The notes below the pieces were generated by a model, which searched no databases, was not told where the DNA came from, and saw nothing but the letters and a program-made list of their open reading frames with translations. A stretch of 64,000 nucleotides of DNA from contig OX597820.1 in the NCBI GenBank assembly GCA_951406725.2, forward strand, positions 79,918,001 through 79,982,000, read 5' to 3'. Shown piece by piece: positions 1-13,111 of this stretch. Position 1 is the stretch's first letter; every line of letters starts with the position of its first letter. The DNA comes from Octopus vulgaris. Taxonomy: Eukaryota. The position numbers and the translations under genes were made by a program.

Positions 1-185
1 TATCGATTTTTTTCAGAACTGGGGAACTTTTCAAAATTTTCGCTGCGTTAGTTTTGAATTATGACATTGGGCTATGCGTGTGTCAAGTTTCATCAGAAGC
101 GGTTGAAAGCCGTGGTCAGGGTGAGGGTACGAGAAAACAGACACACAGAAACACGCACAGACAAACTGCCGTTTATATATAGAGA
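1..185 (-). mobile_element. 5' end of a non-autonomous Helitron-like element, truncated by the window edge
   Basis: Minus strand begins A|TCTCTATATATAAA, then a GTCT/GTGT-rich tract and a 'gatgaaacttgacac' core. The same 5' architecture occurs in the complete element at 58451. Confidence 0.55.
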
Positions 186-205
186 TATATATACATATAC
201 ATATA

Positions 206-255
<50 letters not shown>

Positions 256-263
256 CATATATA

Positions 264-572
264 GGCGCAGGGGTGGTTGTGTGGTAAGTAGCTTGCTTAC
301 CAACCACATGGTTTCGGGTTCAGTCCCACTGCGGGGCACATTGGGCAAGTGTCTTCTTCTATAACCTATGAGTGGATTTAGTAGAAAGAAGTCCATCGTA
401 TGTATATATATATGTCTGTGTGTCTGTATTTGTCCCCAACATCGCTTCACAACCGTCACGGCAAGTACTAGGCTTACAAAAAGTAAGTCCTGGTATCGAT
501 TTGCTCGACTATAGGCGCTGCTCCACCATGGCCGCAGTCAAATGACTGAAACAAATAAAAGAATAAAAGAAT
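264..572 (+). mobile_element. tRNA-derived SINE, family A (CORE-like, octopus OR2-like)
   Basis: Head GGCGCAG..TGTGTGGTAAG (A box) and GGTTCAGTCCC (B box); 'ttgggcaagtgtc' CORE-like motif; tail 'ccatggccgcagtcaaatgactgaaacaa'. About 17 copies or fragments in the window. Confidence 0.85.
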
Positions 573-762
573 ACACACACACACACATATATTGAACGTT
601 TGATGTTGAAGCACACACACGTACACCCCCACCCACAAACCCACGCACACACACACGTGTGTGTGTATAATATGGAGAATATTATAAGCACACATGCACT
701 TGCCCAAGGTGCCATATACTGATAGCCCACAATAATGTGGTGGACAAACTCAGACACACAAA

Positions 763-807
<45 letters not shown>

Positions 808-809
808 AA

Positions 810-842
<33 letters not shown>

Positions 843-847
843 CATTC

Positions 848-999
848 GACGGGCTTTTTTCAGTTTCCGTGTGCCAAATCCACTCACAATGCTTTGGTTG
901 GCCCGAGTCTATAGTAGAAGACACTTGCCGAAGGTGCCACACAGTGGGATTGAACCTGGAACTGTGTGGTTGGTAAGCAAGCTACTTACCACACAGCCA
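848..999 (-). mobile_element. SINE family A, 5' half
   Basis: Reverse complement of the family A head and core. Confidence 0.8.
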
Positions 1000-1703
1000 T
1001 ATATTTTTAAACTGTTTCAGGTTCATTCTGGAGCAATATATATATAATTCAACTTACATTGAAATTCAACAAAGTTTGCATTAGAAGAGTTGAGATGTAT
1101 TGAATGATACAGATAAGGAAATAATTTTATTCTCAAACACAGGTTAATACTAATAATATAACACGAACAAGATAAACTATCCATATTTTGCAGAAAAATC
1201 TCTTAGCGGCCAGCCATGAGACACGAATCACATCCCTGTGATTGCGCGTCAAGTGCTGTACCATTAAGCTAAACTGCCTCAACGACAAATTCTTCTGCAA
1301 ATTTAGAATATATATATCTGGCTTTATTAGACGCTATCGTACGTTAAATTCAACTTACGTTGAAAGTCAACAAAGTTTGCTTTAGAAGCGTTGAGATGTA
1401 TTGAAACATAAAGATAAAGAAATAATCTTATTCTCGAATGAAAAATATAAGAAAATGTTTAAAAGAGGGAAGCAATACTGGGCTACTCATGGAGAGCCCA
1501 CGAAAAGTTCACAAGCGTCACGACCACTAGTGCAACAACCCTCTCCCCATATTTCTCTCTCTCTCAACATCTCATGCTCAAAGTAGGCCCGTTGACATGG
1601 GCCATTATTTCTTCATTTTGTTCGTATCATACAATACACATTTTGACGCTTATAATAAAAATAAATGTAAGTTTGTTTATATTTATGCACACACACAAAC
1701 ACA

Positions 1704-2388
<685 letters not shown>

Positions 2389-2492
2389 TATATATATATA
2401 TATATATATATGTATATAATATTTTGTGAAATTTGATTTAGTATTTCTAAATTGAATTTTTCCCTGTAAGTTTGGAATAATATTCCCTCATA

Positions 2493-2538
<46 letters not shown>

Positions 2539-2565
2539 ATATATATATATATATATGTATATATT

Positions 2566-2850
2566 GCCACAGGAGTGGCTGTCTGGTAAGAAGCTTGCTT
2601 CCCAAACACATGGTTCCGAGTTCATCCTCACTGCGTGGCACCGTGGGCAAGTGTCTTCTACTATAGCCCCGGGCCGACCAAAGCCTTAAGAGTGGATTTG
2701 GTAGGCGGAAACTGAAAGCAGTCTGTCGTTTATATACAAGGCTTTGGTCGGTCCGAGGCTATAGTAGAAGACACTTGCCCACGGTGCCACGTAGTGGGAC
2801 TGAATCCGGAACCATGTGTTTGGGAAGCAAGCTTCTTACCACACAGCCAC
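2566..2850. mobile_element. Two family A SINE halves in inverted orientation (fold-back)
   Basis: 2566-2730 (+) and 2738-2850 (-) are complementary over about 110 bp. Confidence 0.85.
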
Positions 2851-2946
2851 ACACATATATATACATACATACATACACACACACACACGTATATATATAT
2901 ATATATATATATACATATACATACATATATATATATATAAATATGT

Positions 2947-3147
2947 TGATTCGTTAGCTACTGCACGCATTTTTTTTCTCTCCTTCTTTCTGTGTTTTTC
3001 TCTCTCTGTGTATCTTTCTGTTGAAGAGCGTAGGCTCGAAACGTTAAAGACTTGTTTTATTTATATTTCCTGAGCGCCATACTAATACAATTGTTCGTTT
3101 GTTTTCCACCTGCCTTCGTCTTTTGTTTATTTTCATAAAGCTTCCCG

Positions 3148-3148
<1 letters not shown>
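2947..3148 (+). mobile_element. ~200-bp hammerhead-bearing Penelope-like mini-element, family D copy a
   Basis: Homologous to 10078-10243, 16802-17006, 18021-18208 and 22609-22798. Motif TCTTT-CTGTTGA-A-GAGC-GTAG-GCTC-GAAAC-GTT-AAAGA at 3013-3050; 3' end in (TA)n. Confidence 0.7.
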
Positions 3149-3185
<37 letters not shown>

Positions 3186-3816
3186 GTTTGCCCAGTTGCC
3201 CTTTCGTTAATGTTCAGAGCTCTAAATTACGCAGACAAAATTAAACTAATAGCTGTTCGAGGCATAACCATATCTATACACTAATACATGCATTCATGCA
3301 AAGAGACAACATACAAGCACACACACGCATACACACACACACATATGGATAGATATAGATATATAGATATATACATACACCAGTCGCATATACACATGTC
3401 TATGTACGCACAAATACACATGCATACATACATACACACACATAGATACCTACCTACTCACCAACTTATCTACTCATAAACATATATATTTATACATGTG
3501 TGTGTGTATAGGCACACACGTATATATATAATGTGCTTATATATGGGAAGAGATCTTCCTTTGCGCATGCTTCATTAAATACATGTCTAACTTCAAATTT
3601 TATCATTTTTTTCTTCATATTTTCATATTGGTTGTTTTTTTGTAGTTGGATTGGATCATTAGATTTCCTAAATCCGTTTCCGTCTATTCTAGACAGTCTC
3701 ATTATCGAAAAGGAATTTGAATGTTTGGCGCTTGGGTGGTTTCTTACATTCTGATTGAATTTTGTGCAGACTATATACATACATGCATACATACACACAT
3801 AAATATATATATATAC

Positions 3817-3819
<3 letters not shown>

Positions 3820-3847
<28 letters not shown>

Positions 3848-3985
3848 TGTATGTATGTATGTATGTATGTATGTGTATGTATGTATGTATGTATGTATGT
3901 ATGTATGTATGTATGTATGTATGTATGCATGCATGCATGTATGTATGTATGTATGTATGTATGTATGTATGTATGTATGTATGTA
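3820..3985. repeat. (TATG)n microsatellite
   Basis: Direct reading; one of many TATG/TACA tracts. Confidence 0.98.
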
Positions 3986-4055
3986 TATATATATGTATGT
4001 GTGTGTCTGTACGCACAGACATACATATATACATACATACCTACATACATACATA

Positions 4056-4515
4056 AAGCTGAAGATGAATGAAGAACGGAATACCTACCCTGAATTATTG
4101 AAAAGTCTGTAGTTATTCTATCCAAATTACAAGTTCAGGTTTATACCTGTAATTATTGGGGCCCTGGGATATGTTACCCACTGTTAAAAATCTTGAGAAA
4201 TTCGGCTTCTCATAACCAGAAAGGAGAAAGCTAATTCGAAGACTATAGATTCAATCCATCACCGGAACTGTAAAAATCTGTAAAATTTTCCAAAAGTTTA
4301 TCATTTAAATATATTGAGCATGTCTAGATATGTAGCTATATGCATGAGAAGACAAACATAAAACAAAGCATACAAACCGACACATATACATACATACAAA
4401 CAAAAAAAAACCCCTGTTGTTGATGTTGAGATTCCAATGAAGGAGCCTTGGATCTGGTTAGGAACCGGCTCTTTCTCTATTGATAAGAAATCTTGAAATT
4501 AAAAAGAAAAATGAC
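4056..4515 (+). mobile_element. 5'-truncated RLE-type (R4/Dong/NeSL-like) non-LTR retrotransposon, ORF C-terminus plus 3' UTR
   Basis: Decayed peptide KLKMNEERNTYPELL..YPNYKFRFIPVIIGALGYV..RRKLIRRL..SITGTVKICK, the typical region after the RLE motif. Flanked by (TACA)n on both sides. Confidence 0.75.
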
Positions 4516-4523
4516 ATACATAT

Positions 4524-5078
4524 AACGCCCTGATGCAGTGTCGGGCACTGGTTCTCATGGATTCTGATCTTAACTGTTTGGAAAAGGTATCTTGTACATA
4601 TTCTGTCTTGGTGTAAAAGACGGTCTACAACAAATATTCAACTCAATGCTACAGATTTGCTTGTCAGTTGTTTGATCATAATAAGTTGAGCATGTCCCTT
4701 AGTGGCCGACGATATGTGCATCTCTGATGAATAGCAGGAATAGTGTGGGAGCATTTTAGTCATGTGCTGAGAGGAATTCTTTGGAGGTTGAATAATTCAC
4801 CTCTGGAAGAAACATGTGTTTCGTTCATCGTCCTTAAAAAAACCCTTATTTAGGGATCTTTTGAGCGGGATGGGCTACTCGACCTGAAGAACATTTTATC
4901 TGGGCATCACCCACAAGGTCATACGCTGTTTGTCTTGATATAAGTTCACGATGTCGCGCACATATGATTGTGATGTATGTGCCTTGTGTACCCTTATCAG
5001 ATGGGTAGTCTTGGTGAGTATAGTGGGTTTCGTATATTAGTACCCTGGTGTCACTTTGAGGGCATGCGCTACTCTCTT
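4524..5078 (+). mobile_element. ~555-bp non-coding interspersed repeat ending in TAA repeats (putative non-autonomous retroelement)
   Basis: Second copy at 61724-62147 in the opposite orientation, flanked by long (TTA)n; no ORF. Confidence 0.65.
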
Positions 5079-5380
5079 ATAATAAAAAAAAATATATATG
5101 TTTATAAATGTATGTGTGTATATATGCCTAAATATGACAATCACATCGCTTCTTCCCCTATCCACGACCAACGGACACTATGTACCCCCCACAACACATG
5201 CAACAAACAACTAACCCTCTCTCTTTTCCCTCTCCCCTTGAGATTATTCTGCATCCACTACAACTGCCCTCAATTATCCACTATCATCTACAAACTTACC
5301 CACAAAAAGATTCTACCTCACCACAGATGCTTATATATAGGCATGAAGTTTCCTGTATGCATCCCATTTACAGGTCTATA

Positions 5381-5680
5381 TGTGAAGGCGCGTGGATTAG
5401 GGATCGAGTTAGGTGGCTTACGATCGGCGACGCATTGTGTTCTTGAGCAAGACATTTTATTTCTCGTACCTCTAGGCTACTCAACTGGCAAAAATAAGTT
5501 GTACCTGTAATTAAAAAGGGCTGGCCTTGTGACTTTGTCTCACGCTGAATCTCCCGGAGAACTACGTTAAGGATACACGTGTCTGTGGAGTGTTCAACCA
5601 CTTGCACGTTAATTTCACAAGCAGGCTGTTCAGTTGATTGGCTCAGCTGGAACCCTCCTCGTTGTAACCGAATGAGTGCC
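5381..5680 (+). mobile_element. tRNA-derived SINE, family C
   Basis: Degenerate tRNA head; 'tgtgttcttgagcaagacatttt' core; tail 'gaactacgttaagg..cacttgcacgttaatttcac' shared with 8690-8843 and 36880-37232. Confidence 0.75.
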
Positions 5681-6097
5681 AGTTACAGATCTTTATGTAT
5701 ATATTCCCGTTATATCAACTCTACACAGGTGCATGCGTCACCAGCGTTGTCTTTCACACGTAGACAACTCCATATATTCCAAGTCTTCGGATGCACATGA
5801 AGAAGCATACCTTTGCATCTGGTTGTACGTTGCCAAATATGTATACTTAGGTGTAAATGCTTTTATCTTTGCAGATAAGTATACTTAAGTTTTAACGAGA
5901 GCCTGTTTGCTTAATGTATTTACATTTCTTGCACTTGTATGGCGTCTAAATGTATGTATGGTATATGCCTCTATGGAGATATGTATGTGTATTGGTGGAA
6001 ATAAATAAATATAGGTGTGTGCATTTATAAATGTATATATATATATATATATATTACACATATGTACATACATGTGTATATTTTTATGTATATATGT

Positions 6098-6136
<39 letters not shown>

Positions 6137-6563
6137 TATGTATAACACACATACATTATATATGTATATAAAATATATATATATATATATATATATACAT
6201 ATGTATATATGTCATGTGTGTTGATATATGTATATATATGTAGGTATAATTGTATATATTTTTGTACTCACATACACACGCATATACATACACACATATA
6301 TATATCCAGGGTGTATTTAGTATGTCTCCACTATCCACACATGTACCGATACCTTTTATCTGATGTAGACGAAAAGCAAAAACTATGTGTTTATATTTGT
6401 TCTGCATCTATTTATACGTGCAAGTCCTACAGTGACTATTTCTAAAAGTGCATAAACATATCGTCTGCTTCAGTGCACACTCTAATTTGAATGTATTTAC
6501 GCGCATGCGTATATACACGTATGCATAAGTTTGTGTAGGCACAAATAGATTCATATTTCTATC

Positions 6564-6622
<59 letters not shown>

Positions 6623-6911
6623 CTGTTGCGTAATATGAAGACCGCATGTATCACGAGGAAAAAACATGAAGCATGATGCTAGCATATTTCTTATATTTCA
6701 TGTCTGTTGCAGCATATTTTTCTACAATCGATAACCAAAATCGATGACTAATGACAAATTGTAAATGTGACTTATAAAGTTCATTCGATAATGCTAAACC
6801 TGTAATCGTACAGGGTCGAAACATTTCGCAATTATAATTTACTATTATTCCTCGATATTTATTATCGATCGCAGAAACGTGCGTAACAGGTATGAAATAA
6901 CGGTTTTTAAT

Positions 6912-7115
6912 TTTGGTACAAGGCCAGCATTTACGGGAAGAAAGGGTAATGGACTGTGTCGACCCCCATGCTCAACTGGTACTTATTTTATCGATCCTGA
7001 AAAAAAAAAATGAAAGGTAAAGTCAGGCTCGGTGGAACTTGAACTCGGAACGTGAAGACATAAAATACTGCTAAAAGTTTTGCCCGGCGTGCTAACGGTT
7101 CTGCCAACTTACCGT
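6912..7115 (-). mobile_element. tRNA-derived SINE, family B (Meta-domain-like)
   Basis: Reverse complement of GGCAGAA.CGTTAGCACGCCGGGC..GAGTTCAA..GACTTT.CCTTTCAT..GATAAAATAAGTACCAG. Confidence 0.8.
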
Positions 7116-7320
7116 GGTAGGAATAACAAAGTCATGCTTCATCTTTTATTCTCATCGTATATTTGTTACATACATGCATACATACATACATGCATACATG
7201 CATGCATACATACATACATACATACATACATACATACATACATGCATGCATACATACATACATACATACATACATACATACATACATACATACATACATA
7301 CATACATACGTACATACATA

Positions 7321-7558
7321 AAGTTGAAGATCAGTGAAAAAGAGAGCACCTACGCTGAACTATTGAGAGATCTAAAGTTACTGTATCCAGATTAAAAGTT
7401 CAGGTTTATACCTGTAGTTATTGGGGCCTTGGGATATGCAACACATTGTCTAAATACCATTCTTGACAAATTAAGCTTCTCAAAACCAGAGAGGAGAAAG
7501 CTAATTCGAAGACTATAGATCCAATCCATCACTTTAAAAATCTGTAGAACTTTCCACA
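7321..7558 (+). mobile_element. RLE-type retrotransposon fragment, same family as 4056-4515
   Basis: KLKISEKESTYAELLRDLKLLYPD..FRFIPVVIGALGY; preceded by (TACA)n; cut at the 3' side by the element at 7560. Confidence 0.75.
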
Positions 7559-7559
7559 A

Positions 7560-7746
7560 TACAGTTCTATATTTAAGAGAAGAAGAATTATGTACATTAT
7601 TTACATTATTTACACTATCTACAGATATTTGTTCTCATCTTGTTTGTTCTTAACACAACGTTTCGGCTGATATACCCTCCAGCCTTCCTCAGGTGTCTTG
7701 GGAAAATTTCGAACCTGGTTTCTCATTCCTAAGGTATTTTTCGATG

Positions 7747-7747
<1 letters not shown>
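7560..7747 (-). mobile_element. Penelope-like terminal repeat with hammerhead motif, family E
   Basis: Homologous to 57792-57950. Motif ACAC-CTGAGGA-A-GGCTG(10 nt)CAGCC-GAAAC-GTT-GTGT at 7696-7653. Confidence 0.7.
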
Positions 7748-7875
<128 letters not shown>

Positions 7876-8073
7876 CCACTCGGAATCTTGGGGTTAGTAG
7901 CACACACACACGCACACACACACGCACACACACACATATATATAATGTGTGTAGTGTTAAACACTTTCGGTATGCAAATTAGGGTCTCCTTCATAGAGTA
8001 ACTGCTGTATTTGTTGAGTATATAAACAATTTGGCTGCTTGTTTCTCTGGAGACTGTCAGAATGATGTAGGCG

Positions 8074-8114
8074 CCTCTGATGAGAATCCAATAAGGTTTG
8101 AAAATCGTTTAAGG
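8074..8114 (+). ncRNA. Minimal type I hammerhead-like motif with canonical CUGAUGA core
   Basis: CCT-CTGATGA-GAATC(caataa)GGTTT-GAAAA-TCGT-TTA-AGG; a TATATAAA lies about 50 bp upstream. Confidence 0.5.
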
Positions 8115-8689
8115 TTGTTCATCATTTTTCACAGTCTGCAGAGAAATGGTTAAAATTTGCTCTGCTTATAATTATACCATATGTCACATACATGTATGTA
8201 TGTTAATGTATTTATATGTTAATATCAACTAACAGACGCCATACGTCTAGGGAAATATGCATCGTGCATATGTGTTTATTTGAATAATGCTGCAACATAC
8301 ATGCTTGTAGCTAAGTTTTTGCTTTTATAAAGATGCTCCAATAAGTAATTTATAATAACAAAATTTGCCTCTTTCCAACCTCTTTAAAAAAAGTGAACAC
8401 TTGAGAATTTCTTAATAGCTTCTAACACCTGATCTACCGTTAATCTCTCTCCGACCTACCTTCTGTTACAAAACGAATAGGTTTTATCTATAATATCGAT
8501 TCTATATGTTTCTTTTATATGAACCTTAAAATAACATATCATCATCCTGTATTCAAAGAATTTTGTATAGGGTGAACAAAATCTTCTTCTAACGACTTCT
8601 GCACGTGCCTCTGTAAATGGTTAGTTTATATACCGCGCTTTACAGATATGGATGAGTGAACTCAAGTAATAAAGCCCTTATGAAACCTT

Positions 8690-8843
8690 GTTACATTCTG
8701 TGTCATGTTGAAACAGCCTAGGAACTACGTTAATGGTACAAGTGGCTGTTTAGTGCTCAGCCCTTGCACGTTAATTTCACGAGCAGGTTCTTCTGTTAAT
8801 CGGATCGATTGGAAGAGTCCTCGTCGAAACTGACGGAGTACCA
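8690..8843 (+). mobile_element. SINE family C, 3' fragment
   Basis: Matches the tail of 5381-5680. Confidence 0.7.
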
Positions 8844-9032
8844 CTATTTGAATATAGATGAGGATCTGTAACGACATTGAAAGAGCCAAAAAAGTACAGC
8901 AGGAGCTATCTAGTATGGATATCTGTCAAGGATACGTCACCGAGGTACATATCCAGCCGTATCCATTATATATTATCTAAATATATGAATAAAAAAAAGG
9001 CTCAAAGAAAAACAACCTACCCAGTACTTATT

Positions 9033-9641
9033 TATTCCTTTATTGCCCACAAGGGACTAAACATAGAGGGGACAAACAAGGACAGACAAAGGGATTAAGT
9101 CGATAACATCGACCCCAGTGCGTAACTGGTACTTATTTAATCGACCCCGAAAGAATGAAAGGCAAAGTCGACCTTGGTGGAATTTGAACTCATAACGTAA
9201 AGTCAGACGAAATACCTATTTCTATTTCTTTACTACTCACAAGGGGTTAAACATAGAGGGGACAAACAAGGACAGACAAAGGGATTAAGTCGATTATATC
9301 GACCCCAGTGCGTAACTGGTACTTATTTAATCGATCCCGAAAGAATGAAAAGCAAAGTCGACCTTGGTGGAATTTGGACTCAGAACGTAAAGTCAGACGA
9401 AATACCTATTTCTTTACTACCCACAAAAGGTTAAACACTGAGAAGACAAACAAGGACAGACAAAGAGATTAAGTCGATTATATCGACTCTAGTGCGTTAC
9501 TGGTACTTATTTAATTGACCCCGAAAGAATGAAAGGCAAAATCGACCTCGGCGGAATTTGAACTCAGAACGTAGCGGCAGACGAAATACGGCTACTCATT
9601 TCGCCCGGCGTGCTAACGTTTCTGCCAGCCCGCCGCCCTCT
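9033..9641 (-). mobile_element. SINE family B with triplicated body and 15-bp target-site duplication
   Basis: TACCCAGTACTTATT at 9018-9032 and 9642-9656; one head followed by three ~185-bp body units. Confidence 0.9.
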
Positions 9642-10035
9642 TACCCAGTACTTATTACTCACTTCATGGCTATCATAAGAGGTACAGCTACAAGTTTCAA
9701 TGTACAGAATAGAACGAAGGTCTGATCGCATATTTCCAAAATAAATATATATTTACGATTTTAATGTCACGAGATAAAGAAATTCGGTGAAACTCGAGAG
9801 ACATTCAACTTTCAACGTATAAACGTGATACTAAACTATAAACTACATCAACAAACGCAAAGTTCAGGTTGATATTTCGAAAGAATCAGCTTGTGGTTAG
9901 CAATAAGATTGTAGGAACGAGATATATTTAATATACTACAAACTGTTTCCTCATTGCTTTCTTTTGCTATATACAGGCATACATACATACGTACATACAT
10001 ACATACATACATACATACATACATACATACATACA

Positions 10036-10071
<36 letters not shown>

Positions 10072-10077
10072 TATACA

Positions 10078-10243
10078 TCTTTTTATTTTCTCTCTCTGTT
10101 TATCTGTGTTCCTTTCTGTTGATGAACGTAGGCTCGAAACGTAAAACTTTCTCACTTTCCGAGCGTTAAGCTAATACATCTGTTTGTTGTTTACACACCC
10201 GTCTTCGTTTTTTGTTTTGTTTATTTTTTTTGTAAATTCCAAC
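10078..10243 (+). mobile_element. Hammerhead-bearing mini-element, family D copy b
   Basis: CTTT-CTGTTGA-T-GAAC-GTAG-GCTC-GAAAC-GTA-AAAC at 10112-10147; 3' end in (TA)n. Confidence 0.7.
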
Positions 10244-10330
10244 TATATATACATATATATATATATATGCACATATGCATACACGTATACATACACACAA
10301 AAACACACACACATACATACGTCGCCGCAG

Positions 10331-10425
10331 ACACCTTAAGCAAGTGTCTTCCACGATAGCTTCGGGCTGACCAATGCTTTGTGAGTGGATTTGGTAGACG
10401 GAAACTGAAAGAAGCTAGTTGTATG
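10331..10425 (+). mobile_element. SINE family A, internal fragment
   Basis: 'caagtgtcttc..gtgagtggatttggtagacggaaactgaaagaagc'. Confidence 0.75.
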
Positions 10426-10428
10426 TGA

Positions 10429-10482
<54 letters not shown>

Positions 10483-10578
10483 ATTCCTTCTTTCTTTCCT
10501 TTCCCGAGCGTCCTCGCGTTGTTGTGTTTTCTCATTGTGTTTTCATGTTTGGATTAACTATATACATACATACATACA

Positions 10579-10681
<103 letters not shown>

Positions 10682-10682
10682 A

Positions 10683-10732
<50 letters not shown>

Positions 10733-10754
10733 TGATGATGATGATGATTTCAAA

Positions 10755-12118
10755 ATGTGTTGTGCGAAAAGCTTGTCAGGACAGAAGGTGTATATATATA
10801 TATCATGTGGTGAAGTGAAAGCAATTGTACCTGAATCCGGATATGAATACCTGGGAATACTTGAGGCAGATGGAATTAAGCATAATGCAATGAAAGAGGA
10901 GATAAAGAGAAAGCACCTGCGGCACCAGAGTAAAATATTGGATTCAAAGCTGAATGCCAGAAACGTAATTTCGGCAACGAACACGCGCGCAGTTGCAGTG
11001 GTCTACTAAGATACTGGAATTTTGAAGTAATTAGAGAATGAGCTGAAGGAGTTGGACAAGATGATCAGAAAGCTTCTAACAATGCATGGAAACAACCCAC
11101 CCCATCCATATGCAGACACCAATCGCCTATACATGAAGAGAGCAAATGGAGGAAGGTGACTGATAAGTGTGGAAGACTACATGCATGTTGAAATCGGGAG
11201 CGCACTAAGTAAAGAAAAGTTGCTAGTGTCCGTTTGGAATGAGGATGTTTTGAAAACAGAGAAAAAAAGAAAAATAAACAAAGAAGTACAAAAAAGACAT
11301 GAAGAATCACTAGACAACAAGGGCCTACCCAGTCGATTTTATGTAGGTACAACTGAAGTTGCTGGAAGACTTAGGTGGGACTGGATGAAGAAAGGAGCAC
11401 TGAAAAAAGAATCGGAGTGTACCATACTGGCTGTGCAAGACCAATCTTTGACCACAAATTGGAGGATGGACGTTAGGAATGAGCAAGTGTCTCCACTGTG
11501 CCGCATCTGGAATAGAGTGGACGAAACCATTGGTAATATCGTTAACGAATGCCCTAGACTTGCCCCAAACAAAAATAGTGGAAACACGATGAAGCAGCGA
11601 TAGTGCTACGTTGGAAACTATGTAAAAAGTGGGGTCTACAGAGAGGCAAGACGTGGTATGAACACAAAGTGCAGAAAGTGACGGAACCAGAAACTGCAAA
11701 AGCTTGTAGGATTTCCCAATCCATAACACACAAGGTACTAGAGCACAACAAGCCAGACCTAGTGATGGTGGACAAGGTGGACAAGGTAGACCACATGTGC
11801 TATTTAATTGATGTTGCGCGTCCCTTTGGCATATATATAATCATCATAAGTACGATATAGCTCGACTGTGGAAAATGATGGTGAAGAAAGTGTCAATGAC
11901 AGTTGAGTCGTTTGGAACAGTATCAGAAGGCATCAAGAAGAATGTCAAAGAAATCGGAATAGAGTGTCCAGTAGAAGTGTTGCAAAAAGTTTGTCACCTC
12001 CGCAGAATAATCAGGAAAGTATTAGAAAGTTGATAGCATGGTACCATAGGCTACAAAAAGCAATCCCGCTTTGCATGTAAGACTCGACTCCAGGAGTTAT
12101 AACAAAACCTGAGTCAAG
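10755..12118 (+). pseudogene. 5'-truncated, decayed R4/Dong-clade non-LTR retrotransposon (RT thumb, CCHC knuckle, RLE)
   Basis: YEYLGILEAD..KILDSKLNARNVISATNTRAV; HP..ADTNRLYMKRANGGR; ESECTILAVQDQSL; CRI....DETIGNIVNECP; WYEH; HNKPDLVMVDK..CYLIDVA; ends RIIRKVLES*. Multiple stops and frameshifts; 5' flank is (TAA)n/(TGA)n. Confidence 0.88.
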
Positions 12119-12124
12119 GAAAAA

Positions 12125-12412
12125 AAAAATATATATAATATATTAATAAATAAAACATATGCATATATATATATATATATATACATATATGTACGTACCT
12201 ACCTCTATATGTATATATACACGCATATATGAGTACAGGACACCAAAAAAAAAAAACGTCGAACACAATGAGAAACGAAAACATAGACACAAACCCAAGG
12301 AACTGGACATTTTTCTTAAACAACAAAAAAAAAATAGAGTACAGTACAAATAACTCAAGGAAAAAACCCCTTCTTCAGTCGCCATGGTTTCATCTACTCT
12401 ACGTTTCGAAGG
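12125..12412 (-). mobile_element. Interspersed repeat, probably a Penelope-like terminus
   Basis: Homologous to 37343-37510; carries partial CGAAACGTA and CTGAAGA motifs; bounded by (TA)n. Confidence 0.45.
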
Positions 12413-12640
12413 TATATATATATATAGCTACACGCGTGTGTGTGAAATGTATGTATGTATAGAGACATTTATTGTTATCATCTTGGGCGGAGACTTACCG
12501 AGGTGAATAACCAGCAGATAACTTTAAGTAAATAAAGCATTGGAGATGAACTTATTTAGATAACGATTACTTCTTGAGTGGCATTAAGCGTGTGTGTGGC
12601 GGTGGGTGGCTGAAATTCTGTGTATATGTAGGGTGTAGGC

Positions 12641-12673
<33 letters not shown>

Positions 12674-12784
12674 TGTATGTATGTATGTATGTATGTATGT
12701 ATGTATGTATGTATGTATGTATGTATGCCTATCTATTTATCAATGAATGAATGAATGAATGAATCAAGCAATCATTCAGTCAAT

Positions 12785-13111
<327 letters not shown>

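Noticed and set aside
9033-9641. Regularly spaced repeats suggesting a CRISPR array
   Set aside because: Whole ~185-bp units repeat, with no unique spacers and no cas genes; eukaryotic SINE multimer.
12365-12412. CGAAACGTA and CTGAAGA on the minus strand (similar CTGAAGA near 36667)
   Set aside because: Wrong order or incomplete stems; not counted as hammerheads.
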